64,000 bases of DNA from Clostridia bacterium. Its GTDB lineage: Bacteria > Bacillota > Clostridia > Christensenellales > Aristaeellaceae. Position 1 is the first letter of the stretch. Every line of letters begins with the position of its first letter. Positions 8,734 to 17,292 of the stretch are shown one piece after another. The stretch is from NCBI GenBank assembly GCA_017471885.1, contig JAFURI010000010.1, positions 10,419 to 74,418 of the forward strand, in the 5' to 3' direction. The translations under genes and the position numbers were made by a program. The notes below the pieces were generated by a model. It was not told the origin of the DNA. It searched no databases and saw only the letters and a list, made by a program, of their open reading frames with translations.

Positions 8734-10305
8734 TCAGCGCCTGCCCTTGCGGCGCAGGGAGGCGAAATCGGACAGGGAAACAGCCTTCAAGGCCAACGCG
8801 GCGGCGACGTACACAGCCACGCCCACGGCGATTTCAAGGATGGTGGTGAAGTGGTTGATTGGCAGCAGAGTGCGCAGAATCGCAACCACAACGCCCATGC
8901 AGGCGGTAGCTGCGGCGGGACGGATCACCCAGCCCATCCAGTTGAAGGGTTTTTTGATATAGCGCACCACAAAGTAAAGGTTGGGAATCATGGAGACGGA
9001 ATAGCACACAATGGAAGCGATGGGGCCGCCGTGGATACCGACGCCGGGAATACCGACAAGAATGTAGTTCAGCAGGATTTTGCAGCCCACGCCGGCGATC
9101 AGCGTATACATGGGGATGCGCTGCTTGCCCAGTCCCTGCAGGATGCTGGTGGTTGCCTGCACCACGGTAAAGAGCACGACCGTCAGTGCGGACATGGACA
9201 GAAGTTCGCTGGAAATCTGCAGATGCTCCGCCGTCAGCGTGGATGCATAGAAGAAGGAGATGATCTGCCGGGACAGAAGGCTCATGCCGATGGAGCAGGG
9301 GAAGCCGATCAGGAACGCGAAGCGCAGGCCCAGATCGGACTGGCGGCGGATCACGTCGTAATTCTCGGTAGCCTTGGCGGAGGAGATGGCGGGTACAAGG
9401 CTCATGGATACTGCCAGCGCAAGCGCGGTAGGGATGTTGATCAGCCTGATGACCATGCCGGTGAACAGGCCGTACAGAGGCCGCGCTTCTGTAATGGTCA
9501 TGCCGGAGTGCACCATACGGTCCACCAGCATGGCGGAATCCACAAACTGGGCCAGAGGCACGATGCATGCGCTGATGGTGATGGGAATGGAGATCTTCAT
9601 CAGCTGGGTCGTGACGGAAGAAACCGCAGGCGAAGGTTCGGCGGAGAGCTGGGGCAGCGCATCAAACGCACCCCGTCGGCGGTAGTAGAGAATCACCATG
9701 TAGAGCAGCGCCAGCGCCTCCACAATGGTGGTGCCCAGCAGTGCGCCGGCAGCGCCCTCCGCTATGCCTGCGCGGGAGCCGATATAGGCCAGAGGCAGGG
9801 ACACGAAAACCTTACCCACCTGCTCAATCAGCTGGGATGCGGCGGTGGGTGCCATGTTCTGCTGCCCCTGCATGAAGCCGCGGAAGGCGGACAGCACGCA
9901 GACAATCAGCACGCAGGGAGCGATCACAATAAAGCCGGAACGGCTTTCGGGCATGCTGACGCGCTGGGCAAGCATACCGCTGCCCACCAGAATAAACAGC
10001 GTACAGACCAGGCCCAGCGCGGCCAGCAGCCACAGCGCGGAGCGGAAGACGCGCTTTGCGCCCCGGGGGTCATCCTTGGCCAGATAATGGCTGACCATAC
10101 GGGATATAGCCACGGGAAGACCTGCGGAAGAGACGGTCAGCAGAAGATTATAGGTAGGGAACACAGCCTGATAAACGCCAAGGCCGTCTGCGCCGATCAG
10201 CCAGGTGAGGGGGATTACAAACAAAACGCCCACAAGCTTGCAGATAATGCCGGTGAGCCCCAGAACGGTCATGCCGCCTACAATGGACTTGGTACCCTTT
10301 GCCAT
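8734..10305 (-). CDS. MOP-superfamily polysaccharide/lipid II flippase (SpoVB/YabM/MurJ-like)
   Basis: About 14 predicted TM helices. N-terminus ...GLTGIICKLVGVLFVIPLTWLIGADGLGVYQAVFPTYNLLLTVSSAGLPVAISRMV is typical of SpoVB/MurJ. Sits upstream of yabN as in B. subtilis. Confidence 0.85.
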   Translation of the reverse strand: MAKGTKSIVGGMTVLGLTGIICKLVGVLFVIPLTWLIGADGLGVYQAVFPTYNLLLTVSSAGLPVAISRMVSHYLAKDDPRGAKRVFRSALWLLAALGLVCTLFILVGSGMLAQRVSMPESRSGFIVIAPCVLIVCVLSAFRGFMQGQQNMAPTAASQLIEQVGKVFVSLPLAYIGSRAGIAEGAAGALLGTTIVEALALLYMVILYYRRRGAFDALPQLSAEPSPAVSSVTTQLMKISIPITISACIVPLAQFVDSAMLVDRMVHSGMTITEARPLYGLFTGMVIRLINIPTALALAVSMSLVPAISSAKATENYDVIRRQSDLGLRFAFLIGFPCSIGMSLLSRQIISFFYASTLTAEHLQISSELLSMSALTVVLFTVVQATTSILQGLGKQRIPMYTLIAGVGCKILLNYILVGIPGVGIHGGPIASIVCYSVSMIPNLYFVVRYIKKPFNWMGWVIRPAAATACMGVVVAILRTLLPINHFTTILEIAVGVAVYVAAALALKAVSLSDFASLRRKGRR

Positions 10306-10441
10306 ATATCAGCGATCCTTTCTGCGTGCAGAATCAGTATGCAGTCATATCAATGCCTATTATACGCCGAAATGGGGAAAGGTACAAGAGCAGAATCCCC
10401 GGGAAGAGCAAATCTCCCGTCAGGATTCATCAAAATATCAC

Positions 10442-10470
10442 TTGCAATTTTGCATGGGTCATGGTTTAAT
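10442..10470 (+). promoter_or_regulatory. candidate sigma-A promoter for rbgA operon
   Basis: TTGCAA (10442-10447), 17-nt spacer, TTTAAT (10465-10470) with an upstream TGn. Confidence 0.3.
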
Positions 10471-10507
10471 TTACATTGAGAATCTATGCATACAGGATGG
10501 TAGAGTT

Positions 10508-11413
10508 ATGGACATCAACTGGTATCCGGGACATATGGCGAAGGCGAAGCGGCAGCTGAGCGACCAGCTGAACCGCGTGAACGTGGTGATTGAGCTGTGC
10601 GACGCACGTCTGCCCCATGCAAGCCGCAATCCCGATCTTGATAAGCTGATCTCCGGCAAAAAGCGGGTGCTGCTGCTGAACAAGGCGGATCTGGCGGATC
10701 CGCAGGTGACCAGCATGTGGCTGAATCATTTCCGGGCGCAGGGGATCGACTGCGCGCCCTACAACGCATCCTCCGGTAAGGCCAAGGACGCGCTGACCAT
10801 CATCGAGAACGCTGCGAAGGAGACCGTGGAGCGCGCGGCCCAGCGCGGCATCAAAAAGACGGTCAGGGCTATGGTGGTGGGCGTGCCCAACGTGGGCAAA
10901 AGCACCTTCACCAACAAGCTGCACGGCGGCGCCATTGCCAAGACGGGCGACCGTCCCGGCGTAACCCGCTCCAACCAGTGGGTGCGCATTACGCCGTATC
11001 TGGAGCTGATGGACACTCCCGGTCTGCTCTGGCCCCGGCTGGACGATCAGCTGGCGGCGAGGCGCCTGTGCTATATCGGTACGGTGAAGGACGACGTGGT
11101 GGATCTGGCCATGCTGAGCATTCATCTGCTGCAGGATATGCTGAAGGTGAAGCCGGAGCCGGTGATGGAGCGCTTCCGCATCAAGGACGCCGAACTGCGC
11201 GGAGAGGAGCTGCTGGAGGCTGTCTGCCGTGGACGCGGCTTCCTGATGAAGGGCGGCGTGTGCGATTACGACCGCTGCTGCGCTGTGGTGCTGGACGAAT
11301 TCCGCGCGGGCAAGCTGGGACGGATCAGCCTTGAAACGCCCCACAAGGAACGTCCGAGGCTGACCATTCCTGGCGCGAAGCAGGAGACGGAGGAGAAGCA
11401 TGGCGAAGATTGA
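10508..11413 (+). CDS. rbgA: ribosome biogenesis GTPase A (YlqF/RbgA)
   Basis: MDINWYPGHMAKAKR signature. Circularly permuted GTPase order (NKADL before GVPNVGKST). Confidence 0.9.
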   Translation: MDINWYPGHMAKAKRQLSDQLNRVNVVIELCDARLPHASRNPDLDKLISGKKRVLLLNKADLADPQVTSMWLNHFRAQGIDCAPYNASSGKAKDALTIIENAAKETVERAAQRGIKKTVRAMVVGVPNVGKSTFTNKLHGGAIAKTGDRPGVTRSNQWVRITPYLELMDTPGLLWPRLDDQLAARRLCYIGTVKDDVVDLAMLSIHLLQDMLKVKPEPVMERFRIKDAELRGEELLEAVCRGRGFLMKGGVCDYDRCCAVVLDEFRAGKLGRISLETPHKERPRLTIPGAKQETEEKHGED

Positions 11414-12020
11414 TCGCGCTGCCAGGGTGCAGCTGCTGGCGGAGACCGACGCGGCCTTCTGGACGCAGGGCGTGGTGGTGGCCGGCATGGACGAGGCAGG
11501 CCGCGGTCCACTGATCGGCAATGTGGTAGCCGCCTGTGTGGTGATGCCGCCCGAACCGCTGCTGATCTGGGTGGACGACAGTAAAAAGCTGTCTGAGAAG
11601 CGCAGGGAAATGGTCTATGAAGAGATCATGGAGAAGGCGCTGTATGTGGGCGTGGGTCAGGCTACGCCGGAGGAAATCGACCGGATGAACATTTTGGAGG
11701 CGACCCGCAAAGCCATGCGTGAGGCAGCCTCGCAGGTTCCTGCGGAGGTGTTCCTGATCGACGCAGTGACAAAGCTCGGTCTGAACGGTCAGGAGATCCC
11801 CATGATCAAGGGCGACGCCAATTCCTACAATATCGCCGCGGCCAGCATCGTAGCCAAGGTTACCCGTGACCGGCAGATGGCCGAGATGGACAAGCTGTAC
11901 CCCGCCTATGGTCTGAAGCGCAACAAGGGCTACGGCACGCCGGAGCATATCGCCGCGCTGAAGGCGCTGGGCCCCTGCCCGGAGCACAGGCGCAGCTTTA
12001 TCCGGAATTTCTGCCCATGA
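11400..12020 (+). CDS. rnhB: ribonuclease HII
   Basis: VAGMDEAGRGPLIGNVVAA catalytic motif. Overlaps the rbgA stop and the yraN start (ATGA). Confidence 0.92.
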   Translation: MAKIDRAARVQLLAETDAAFWTQGVVVAGMDEAGRGPLIGNVVAACVVMPPEPLLIWVDDSKKLSEKRREMVYEEIMEKALYVGVGQATPEEIDRMNILEATRKAMREAASQVPAEVFLIDAVTKLGLNGQEIPMIKGDANSYNIAAASIVAKVTRDRQMAEMDKLYPAYGLKRNKGYGTPEHIAALKALGPCPEHRRSFIRNFCP

Positions 12021-12367
12021 GCGTGTATCGTACCGGATTGTCCGGCGAGGAGCAGGCGGAAAGGTATCTGCACTCGCGGGGATATGAAACCGTGGCAAGA
12101 AGATGGCGCGGTGAGGACGGGGAGATTGACCTGATCATGAAGGACGGCGAGTTTATCGTCCTTGTGGAGGTCAAGTTCCGCCCCTCAGGCCGCAGCGGCG
12201 ACGGATTGAAGGCTGTGACGCCCGCCAAGCGCCGAAGGATGACGCATGCGGCGGAGGCTTTTCTTATGGAACGGGAATGGATGAATGTTCCTGTTCGTTT
12301 TGATGTTGTGGAAATCACCCGCGACGGGCTGAACCATGTGATCAATGCCTTCTATGCGGGAACGTAA
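12017..12367 (+). CDS. yraN: YraN-family (UPF0102) endonuclease-like protein
   Basis: GEEQAERYLHSRGYETVARRWR...GEIDLIMKDGEFIVLVEVKFR is the typical UPF0102 core. Confidence 0.85.
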   Translation: MSVYRTGLSGEEQAERYLHSRGYETVARRWRGEDGEIDLIMKDGEFIVLVEVKFRPSGRSGDGLKAVTPAKRRRMTHAAEAFLMEREWMNVPVRFDVVEITRDGLNHVINAFYAGT

Positions 12368-12388
12368 GTGATGAATCGAGGTGTCCTG

Positions 12389-15300
12389 ATGCGTATCAGA
12401 CGACTTCTGACGCTGTTTATCGCGATGCTCATGCTCTTCACGTGGACTGCCTTTGCCGAAGAGGATGAAACAAACCTGCTGTACAACGGCGGCTTTGAGT
12501 ATCTGGATGAAGACGGTATGCCCGACGGATGGTATACCGACGCGTACGTCCGGCAGGAAGGTTATACCACCTACGGCATGACGGGCGATGCTCATGGCGG
12601 CGAAAATGCAGCGATGGTCAACAACATCGGCATGAACGACGCGCGCTTTGCCCAGTCCGTGTCAGTCAAGCCGGAGACTCTGTACAGGTTGTCCGGATGG
12701 ATCATGGCGGACAATATCGGCGACAGCGGACGGGGCGCGAACCTTTCCATTGAAGATGTGTACGTCTTCAGTGAAAGCGTATTTCATACCGAGGGCGGCT
12801 GGCAGTATGTGGAACTGTACGGCGAGACGGGCGAGGATCAGTACGACGTGACTGTCTTTGCACGTGTGGGTGGCTACAGCGGCGAAAGTCAGGGAAGGGC
12901 TTTCTTTGACGATCTGTCGCTGGTGGAGGTGCAGTCCGTTCCCGGCGACGGCGTTGCTACCCGCTGGTTCAAACGGACGGTGACCCCCGCTGTGGTTGAA
13001 GAGGCGGAGGATGAGGATGCCGCTCCCTTCTGGCCCTGGCTGCTGGTTTTGTCTGCAGTCTATGGTCTGGCTGCGCTGTGCATGGTGCAGACGCTGCAGC
13101 TTGACCGCCGCGAGCTGGTGGAAAAGAATCGGGTACCTGCTTTCTTCCTCGTGGGTATGCTGGCGGCTGTGGCCGTGCGGCTGATCTGCACGGCGGTGGA
13201 GGGCTATCAGGTGGACGTCAACTGCTTCCTTGCCTGGGGCGGCATGATGGCCTCCGATGGTCCGGCAAACTTCTATCGTCCGGAGCGCTTCTGTGACTAC
13301 ACGCCCGGTTATCTGTATGTGCTGGGGATGAACGGGCTCGTATCCCGCCTGTTCTCCTCCCGCTGGGCGCAGGTGCTGGTGTACAAAACTGTTCCCATGC
13401 TCTGCGATATGATCATGGCGGGGCTTGTATACCGGCTGGGCCGCGAAGAAAAGCTGAACCGCAATCAGGCGGGGCTGGCTGGACTTCTGGTGGCCTTCAA
13501 TCCCGCCATCATCATCAACAGCGCGGCGTGGTGCCAGATGGACAGCGTGCTGGCGCTTGGTCTGATGCTGGTGGCATGGCTGGCAATCCGCCGCAGGTGG
13601 ACGCTGGCGCTGCCGGTGTATGTGGTGTGCATTCTTGTGAAGCCTCAGGCGCTGATGCTGGGCTTCCTCGGCCTTGCCGCCATCGTGATGGCGTGGATCC
13701 GCTTCCGGGAGGACAGGCAGGCCATCTGGAAGGGCGTGCTCTGGTCTGTAATTGCGGCGGCTGTGATTGTGTTGCCCTTCAGCTGGAAGCAGGACGACTT
13801 CCTGTGGCTGTTCAACCTCTATGGCAGCACGCTGGCTTCCTATCCCTATGCCACGGTGAATACGGCAAACCTGTACTATCTGCTGGGCGGCAACTGGAAT
13901 GCCATCGGCAATGCCTGCGGATGGTATGTACCGCTGATTTTCGCGCTGATGAGCGCCCTTTGGGGCGCGCTGCAGTTCCGCACACTGAAGGCGCGCAGGC
14001 TTTGGTGGATTGAAACCGGCCTCATGGCTGCCTTCACGCTGGCCTTCTTCGCGATGTGTTTCCTGCGCGTCAGCTGGGGCGTGGTGGGTGCGGCTGCCAT
14101 GGCTATGGCCTTCGCGGTGGTGCTGCCCATGTTTGTCCGTGGCGGCAGACTGGAGGCTTTGCCCCTGTGCGGCGGCGTCCTGTTCATTCTTTTGTATGTG
14201 CTGGGCGTCAAGATGCACGAGCGTTATCTTTTCCCGGCCATGATTCTTCTTGCCATGGCGTATGTGATTCACCGCGACAGGCGTATACTGCTGCTGCTGA
14301 CGGTGACTGCCTGCACCATGTTCATCAATGAAGGTATCGTGCTGGACAACTCTGTCCGGCTCGGCTCCAGCATGGGTCACCTGAATCAGGATACCTACTG
14401 GCTGAACATGCTTCTGTGCGCGGTCAACGTTCTTTGCGTACCGCTGGCGGTATGGACGGGCCACCGCGTCTGTGTCGACCGGGTGACGTCTGCCCTTGAC
14501 GATGAGGTGAAGGCTCCCTTCTTCCTTCACCGGCACGGGGCTGCTCCCTGCACGCCTCTTACTTACCGCGCGGACGCGTCCCTTCGCTGGAACAGGCGCG
14601 ATACGATTCTCGTGCTTGCTGCAACGCTGATTTACAGCGTGGTTGCGCTGTGGAATCTGGGCAGCATGAAGGCTCCGCAGGAGGCGTGGAAGTCCACCAA
14701 TAACAAGGAACAGATTGTAATCGATCTGGGCCGGCATTATGACGACGCGACCATGCTCTACTATTGCGAGGTGGTGTACAGCGACTTCTCCATCGCAGTC
14801 AGCGAGGATAGCCAGAGCTGGTCGGAGGAATACTGGGCGCAGATGGATCAGGGCCAGTGCTACCGCTGGAAGTACCTTGCGCCAAGCTATCTGGACGACA
14901 AGGGTGCAAGGAATTACGCGTCGGTGAGCACGGTGGATCAGGCGCAGCGCTTCAGCGGACGGTATGTGCGCATCACCGCCCAGCAGATCGGTCTGATCCT
15001 TAACGAAGTGATTTTCCGCGATGCGCAGGGGAATCCCATTACCGCTGTGGTGACGGACCGCTTCAACGCTAATGTGGAATCCCCGCTGTATTCCGATCCT
15101 GAAAACGTGCTTAACGAGCAGGATACGCTGGAGGGTGTGCCCGGCTGGTATGCCAACGGGGAAAGTGCGCCGGATGAGCCCGGCTGGTACAACAGTACCT
15201 ATTTTGACGAGATCTATCATGCCCGAACTGCGCTGGAACATCTGCGGGGCACCGCGCCCTATGAAACCAGCCATCCGCCTCTGGGTAAGCTGCTGATGAG

Positions 15301-16531
15301 CATCGGCATTGCCATCTTTGGCATGACGCCTTTCGGCTGGCGTATTGCAGGCGCGGCGGCGGGCATCCTGATGCTGCCTGCCATGTATGTGCTGGGCAAG
15401 CAGCTGACCAGGCGGACGTCCATGGCTTTTGTTGCTATGCTGCTGATGGCGGTGGATTGCATGCATCTGACTCAGACGCGCATCGCCACCATCGACAGCT
15501 TCCCGGTGCTGTTTATCATCCTGAGCTATCTGTTCATGGTCCGTTTCATGCAGAAGGATATCACCTGCGCTCCGCTGCGCAATCTTCTGCCGGAGCTTGC
15601 CCTGTCCGGTCTGTTCATGGGCTGCGGCATCGCCAGCAAGTGGATCGGCGTCTATGCGGGTGCGGGCCTTGCGGTGCTGTATTTCTGGACGCTGGGGCGG
15701 CATCTGCGCCTCTCCGGCCAGAGCCTTGCTCTGCTGAACAGCGATGCGGAGCTGACTGACGAGCAGCGTACGATGCTTGAAAAGCGCGACCGTGATGCTC
15801 TGCGCAGGATGATCGTGCTGTGCCTGTGGTGCCTTGTATTCTTTGTTGCAGTGCCTGTGGTGATTTATCTTGCGTCCTATGTGCCCTACTTCGCCTATAC
15901 GCACAAGAAAAACCTGTGGGATTTCCTGCAGCTGGTAATCGGCGCGCAGGAGGGAATGTTCAACTATCACGCCACGCCCGGCCTGGGTATGGATCATCCC
16001 TTCCATTCTCCGTGGTACGAGTGGCCCCTGATCAAGCGACCCATGTATTACGCCATGGCGCAGTTCCTGCCGGAGGGTACCAGCCTGTCCATTTTCTGCT
16101 TCGGCAATCCTGCCGTCTGGCTGGCAGGTCTTGCGGGCATTGCGGCTGTGATCGCCGTATGGGTGCGCAGGCATTGCTATGCCCGTATCGGCTCTGACTC
16201 TCTGGTGCACGTTTTTTCGGACAGCTGGGGACTTACGCCGGGCTTTGTGCTCATCGGCCTTCTGGCGCAGTTCCTGCCCTGGGTGGTAGTGCCTCGCGGC
16301 ACCTACATTTACCATTACTTTGCCAGCGTGCCTTTCCTGATTCTCGGTGTGATGCTGCTCCTGCACTGGCTGACAAAACGCATGCCGAGCCTCGGCCGTG
16401 CTGTGATGGCAGCCTATCTGATGGTATGCATCCTGTTCTTTGCGGCCTATTACCCCTATGCCAGCGGCATGCCCGTGCCGGATGCGTGGCTGGACTTCAT
16501 GTCCGGTTTCCTGCGGCTCTACCATAGCTGA
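12389..16531 (+). CDS. giant chimeric membrane glycosyltransferase: CBM-like module + GT-C-like polytopic block + discoidin-like module + GT39/PMT core
   Basis: GAGGTG RBS lies 6 nt before ATG 12389. Signal/anchor MRIRRLLTLFIAMLMLFTWTAFA. NLLYNGGFE...FFDDLSLVEV jelly-roll module. EGYQVDVNCFLAWG...DYTPGYLYVLG loop motif. VIDLG...GRYVRITAQQ...NEVIF (F5/8 type C-like). YFDEIYHARTALEHL...HPPLGKLL and HPFHSPWYEWPL (PMT signatures). Confidence 0.8.
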   Translation: MRIRRLLTLFIAMLMLFTWTAFAEEDETNLLYNGGFEYLDEDGMPDGWYTDAYVRQEGYTTYGMTGDAHGGENAAMVNNIGMNDARFAQSVSVKPETLYRLSGWIMADNIGDSGRGANLSIEDVYVFSESVFHTEGGWQYVELYGETGEDQYDVTVFARVGGYSGESQGRAFFDDLSLVEVQSVPGDGVATRWFKRTVTPAVVEEAEDEDAAPFWPWLLVLSAVYGLAALCMVQTLQLDRRELVEKNRVPAFFLVGMLAAVAVRLICTAVEGYQVDVNCFLAWGGMMASDGPANFYRPERFCDYTPGYLYVLGMNGLVSRLFSSRWAQVLVYKTVPMLCDMIMAGLVYRLGREEKLNRNQAGLAGLLVAFNPAIIINSAAWCQMDSVLALGLMLVAWLAIRRRWTLALPVYVVCILVKPQALMLGFLGLAAIVMAWIRFREDRQAIWKGVLWSVIAAAVIVLPFSWKQDDFLWLFNLYGSTLASYPYATVNTANLYYLLGGNWNAIGNACGWYVPLIFALMSALWGALQFRTLKARRLWWIETGLMAAFTLAFFAMCFLRVSWGVVGAAAMAMAFAVVLPMFVRGGRLEALPLCGGVLFILLYVLGVKMHERYLFPAMILLAMAYVIHRDRRILLLLTVTACTMFINEGIVLDNSVRLGSSMGHLNQDTYWLNMLLCAVNVLCVPLAVWTGHRVCVDRVTSALDDEVKAPFFLHRHGAAPCTPLTYRADASLRWNRRDTILVLAATLIYSVVALWNLGSMKAPQEAWKSTNNKEQIVIDLGRHYDDATMLYYCEVVYSDFSIAVSEDSQSWSEEYWAQMDQGQCYRWKYLAPSYLDDKGARNYASVSTVDQAQRFSGRYVRITAQQIGLILNEVIFRDAQGNPITAVVTDRFNANVESPLYSDPENVLNEQDTLEGVPGWYANGESAPDEPGWYNSTYFDEIYHARTALEHLRGTAPYETSHPPLGKLLMSIGIAIFGMTPFGWRIAGAAAGILMLPAMYVLGKQLTRRTSMAFVAMLLMAVDCMHLTQTRIATIDSFPVLFIILSYLFMVRFMQKDITCAPLRNLLPELALSGLFMGCGIASKWIGVYAGAGLAVLYFWTLGRHLRLSGQSLALLNSDAELTDEQRTMLEKRDRDALRRMIVLCLWCLVFFVAVPVVIYLASYVPYFAYTHKKNLWDFLQLVIGAQEGMFNYHATPGLGMDHPFHSPWYEWPLIKRPMYYAMAQFLPEGTSLSIFCFGNPAVWLAGLAGIAAVIAVWVRRHCYARIGSDSLVHVFSDSWGLTPGFVLIGLLAQFLPWVVVPRGTYIYHYFASVPFLILGVMLLLHWLTKRMPSLGRAVMAAYLMVCILFFAAYYPYASGMPVPDAWLDFMSGFLRLYHS

Positions 16532-16538
16532 GGAGTGA

Positions 16539-17180
16539 ATGCAAAAGATGCTGCGTGAAATGTTCAACAAGCCCCGACTGATGCGCCGCCTTGCGGTGCT
16601 GGTACTGACCATTGTGCTGATGGGCTTCTGTGTGGCTGTTTTCCAGCAGATCGGAGTGGGTACGGATCCCTGCGCCACGCTGACCAAGGGCGTGAGCATG
16701 ACGCTGGGAATCAGCTACGGCAGCTGCATGTTCCTGATCAGCTTCCTGATTCTTGCGGTCATCCTGCTGATGAAGCATTACCGCACTATCGGCCCGGGTA
16801 CCATCATTGTAATGTTCCTGCTGGGCTATGTGGTGGATTTCTTCAACTGGGTGTTCAACAGTCTGAATCCTCTGGGGGATGAAACGCTGGCGGTGAAGGC
16901 AGTCATCTTTGTAATCACCATGGCGGTGTTTCTTGTTGACGTAGCCTTCTATACTGTGGTGGATATGGGTACCGCTCCCTATGACGCGCTGCCCATCGTC
17001 CTTGCCGACAGGCAGAAGATGATTCCCTTTGCGCCCATCCGCATGGCGCAGGATATCCTGTGTACGGCGGCGGGATGGCTGATGGGAGGCCCTGTGGGCG
17101 TGGTGACGGTCATTGTCTGCTTTTTTATGGGGCCGGTGATTTCGCTGATTGCCGCTCGCTTCAGGCACTGGTTTGAATAA
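16539..17180 (+). CDS. small polytopic membrane protein (YczE/YitT-like, assignment tentative)
   Basis: GAGGAG RBS. About 6 TM helices. N-terminus RRLAVLVLTIVLMGFCVAVFQQIGVGTDPCATL resembles the YczE/DUF6198 family. Lies 7 nt after the glycosyltransferase gene. Confidence 0.5.
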   Translation: MQKMLREMFNKPRLMRRLAVLVLTIVLMGFCVAVFQQIGVGTDPCATLTKGVSMTLGISYGSCMFLISFLILAVILLMKHYRTIGPGTIIVMFLLGYVVDFFNWVFNSLNPLGDETLAVKAVIFVITMAVFLVDVAFYTVVDMGTAPYDALPIVLADRQKMIPFAPIRMAQDILCTAAGWLMGGPVGVVTVIVCFFMGPVISLIAARFRHWFE

Positions 17181-17186
17181 CCCAAG

Positions 17187-17219
17187 GAGCGTCCGACGCT
17201 GCGTCGGGCGCTCTTTTTG
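17187..17219 (+). terminator. rho-independent terminator
   Basis: GAGCGTCCGACGC / GCGTCGGGCGCTC stem followed by TTTTT. Confidence 0.7.
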
Positions 17220-17292
17220 TTCCATTGGCAGGGTTTGACTGCATCCGGGTCGAATATTGGAACAAAATGCGTTTAAGGGAGGAGCCCCGGAT

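Noticed and set aside
12662-16699. 1,345-aa ORF on the minus strand covering the whole glycosyltransferase gene
   Set aside because: It is exactly antisense to an ORF with strong family motifs (PMT, discoidin). Its translation is low-complexity and rich in His/Arg/Gln/Gly/Ala. It has no RBS or recognisable domain. This is the typical stop-poor shadow frame of a GC-rich gene.
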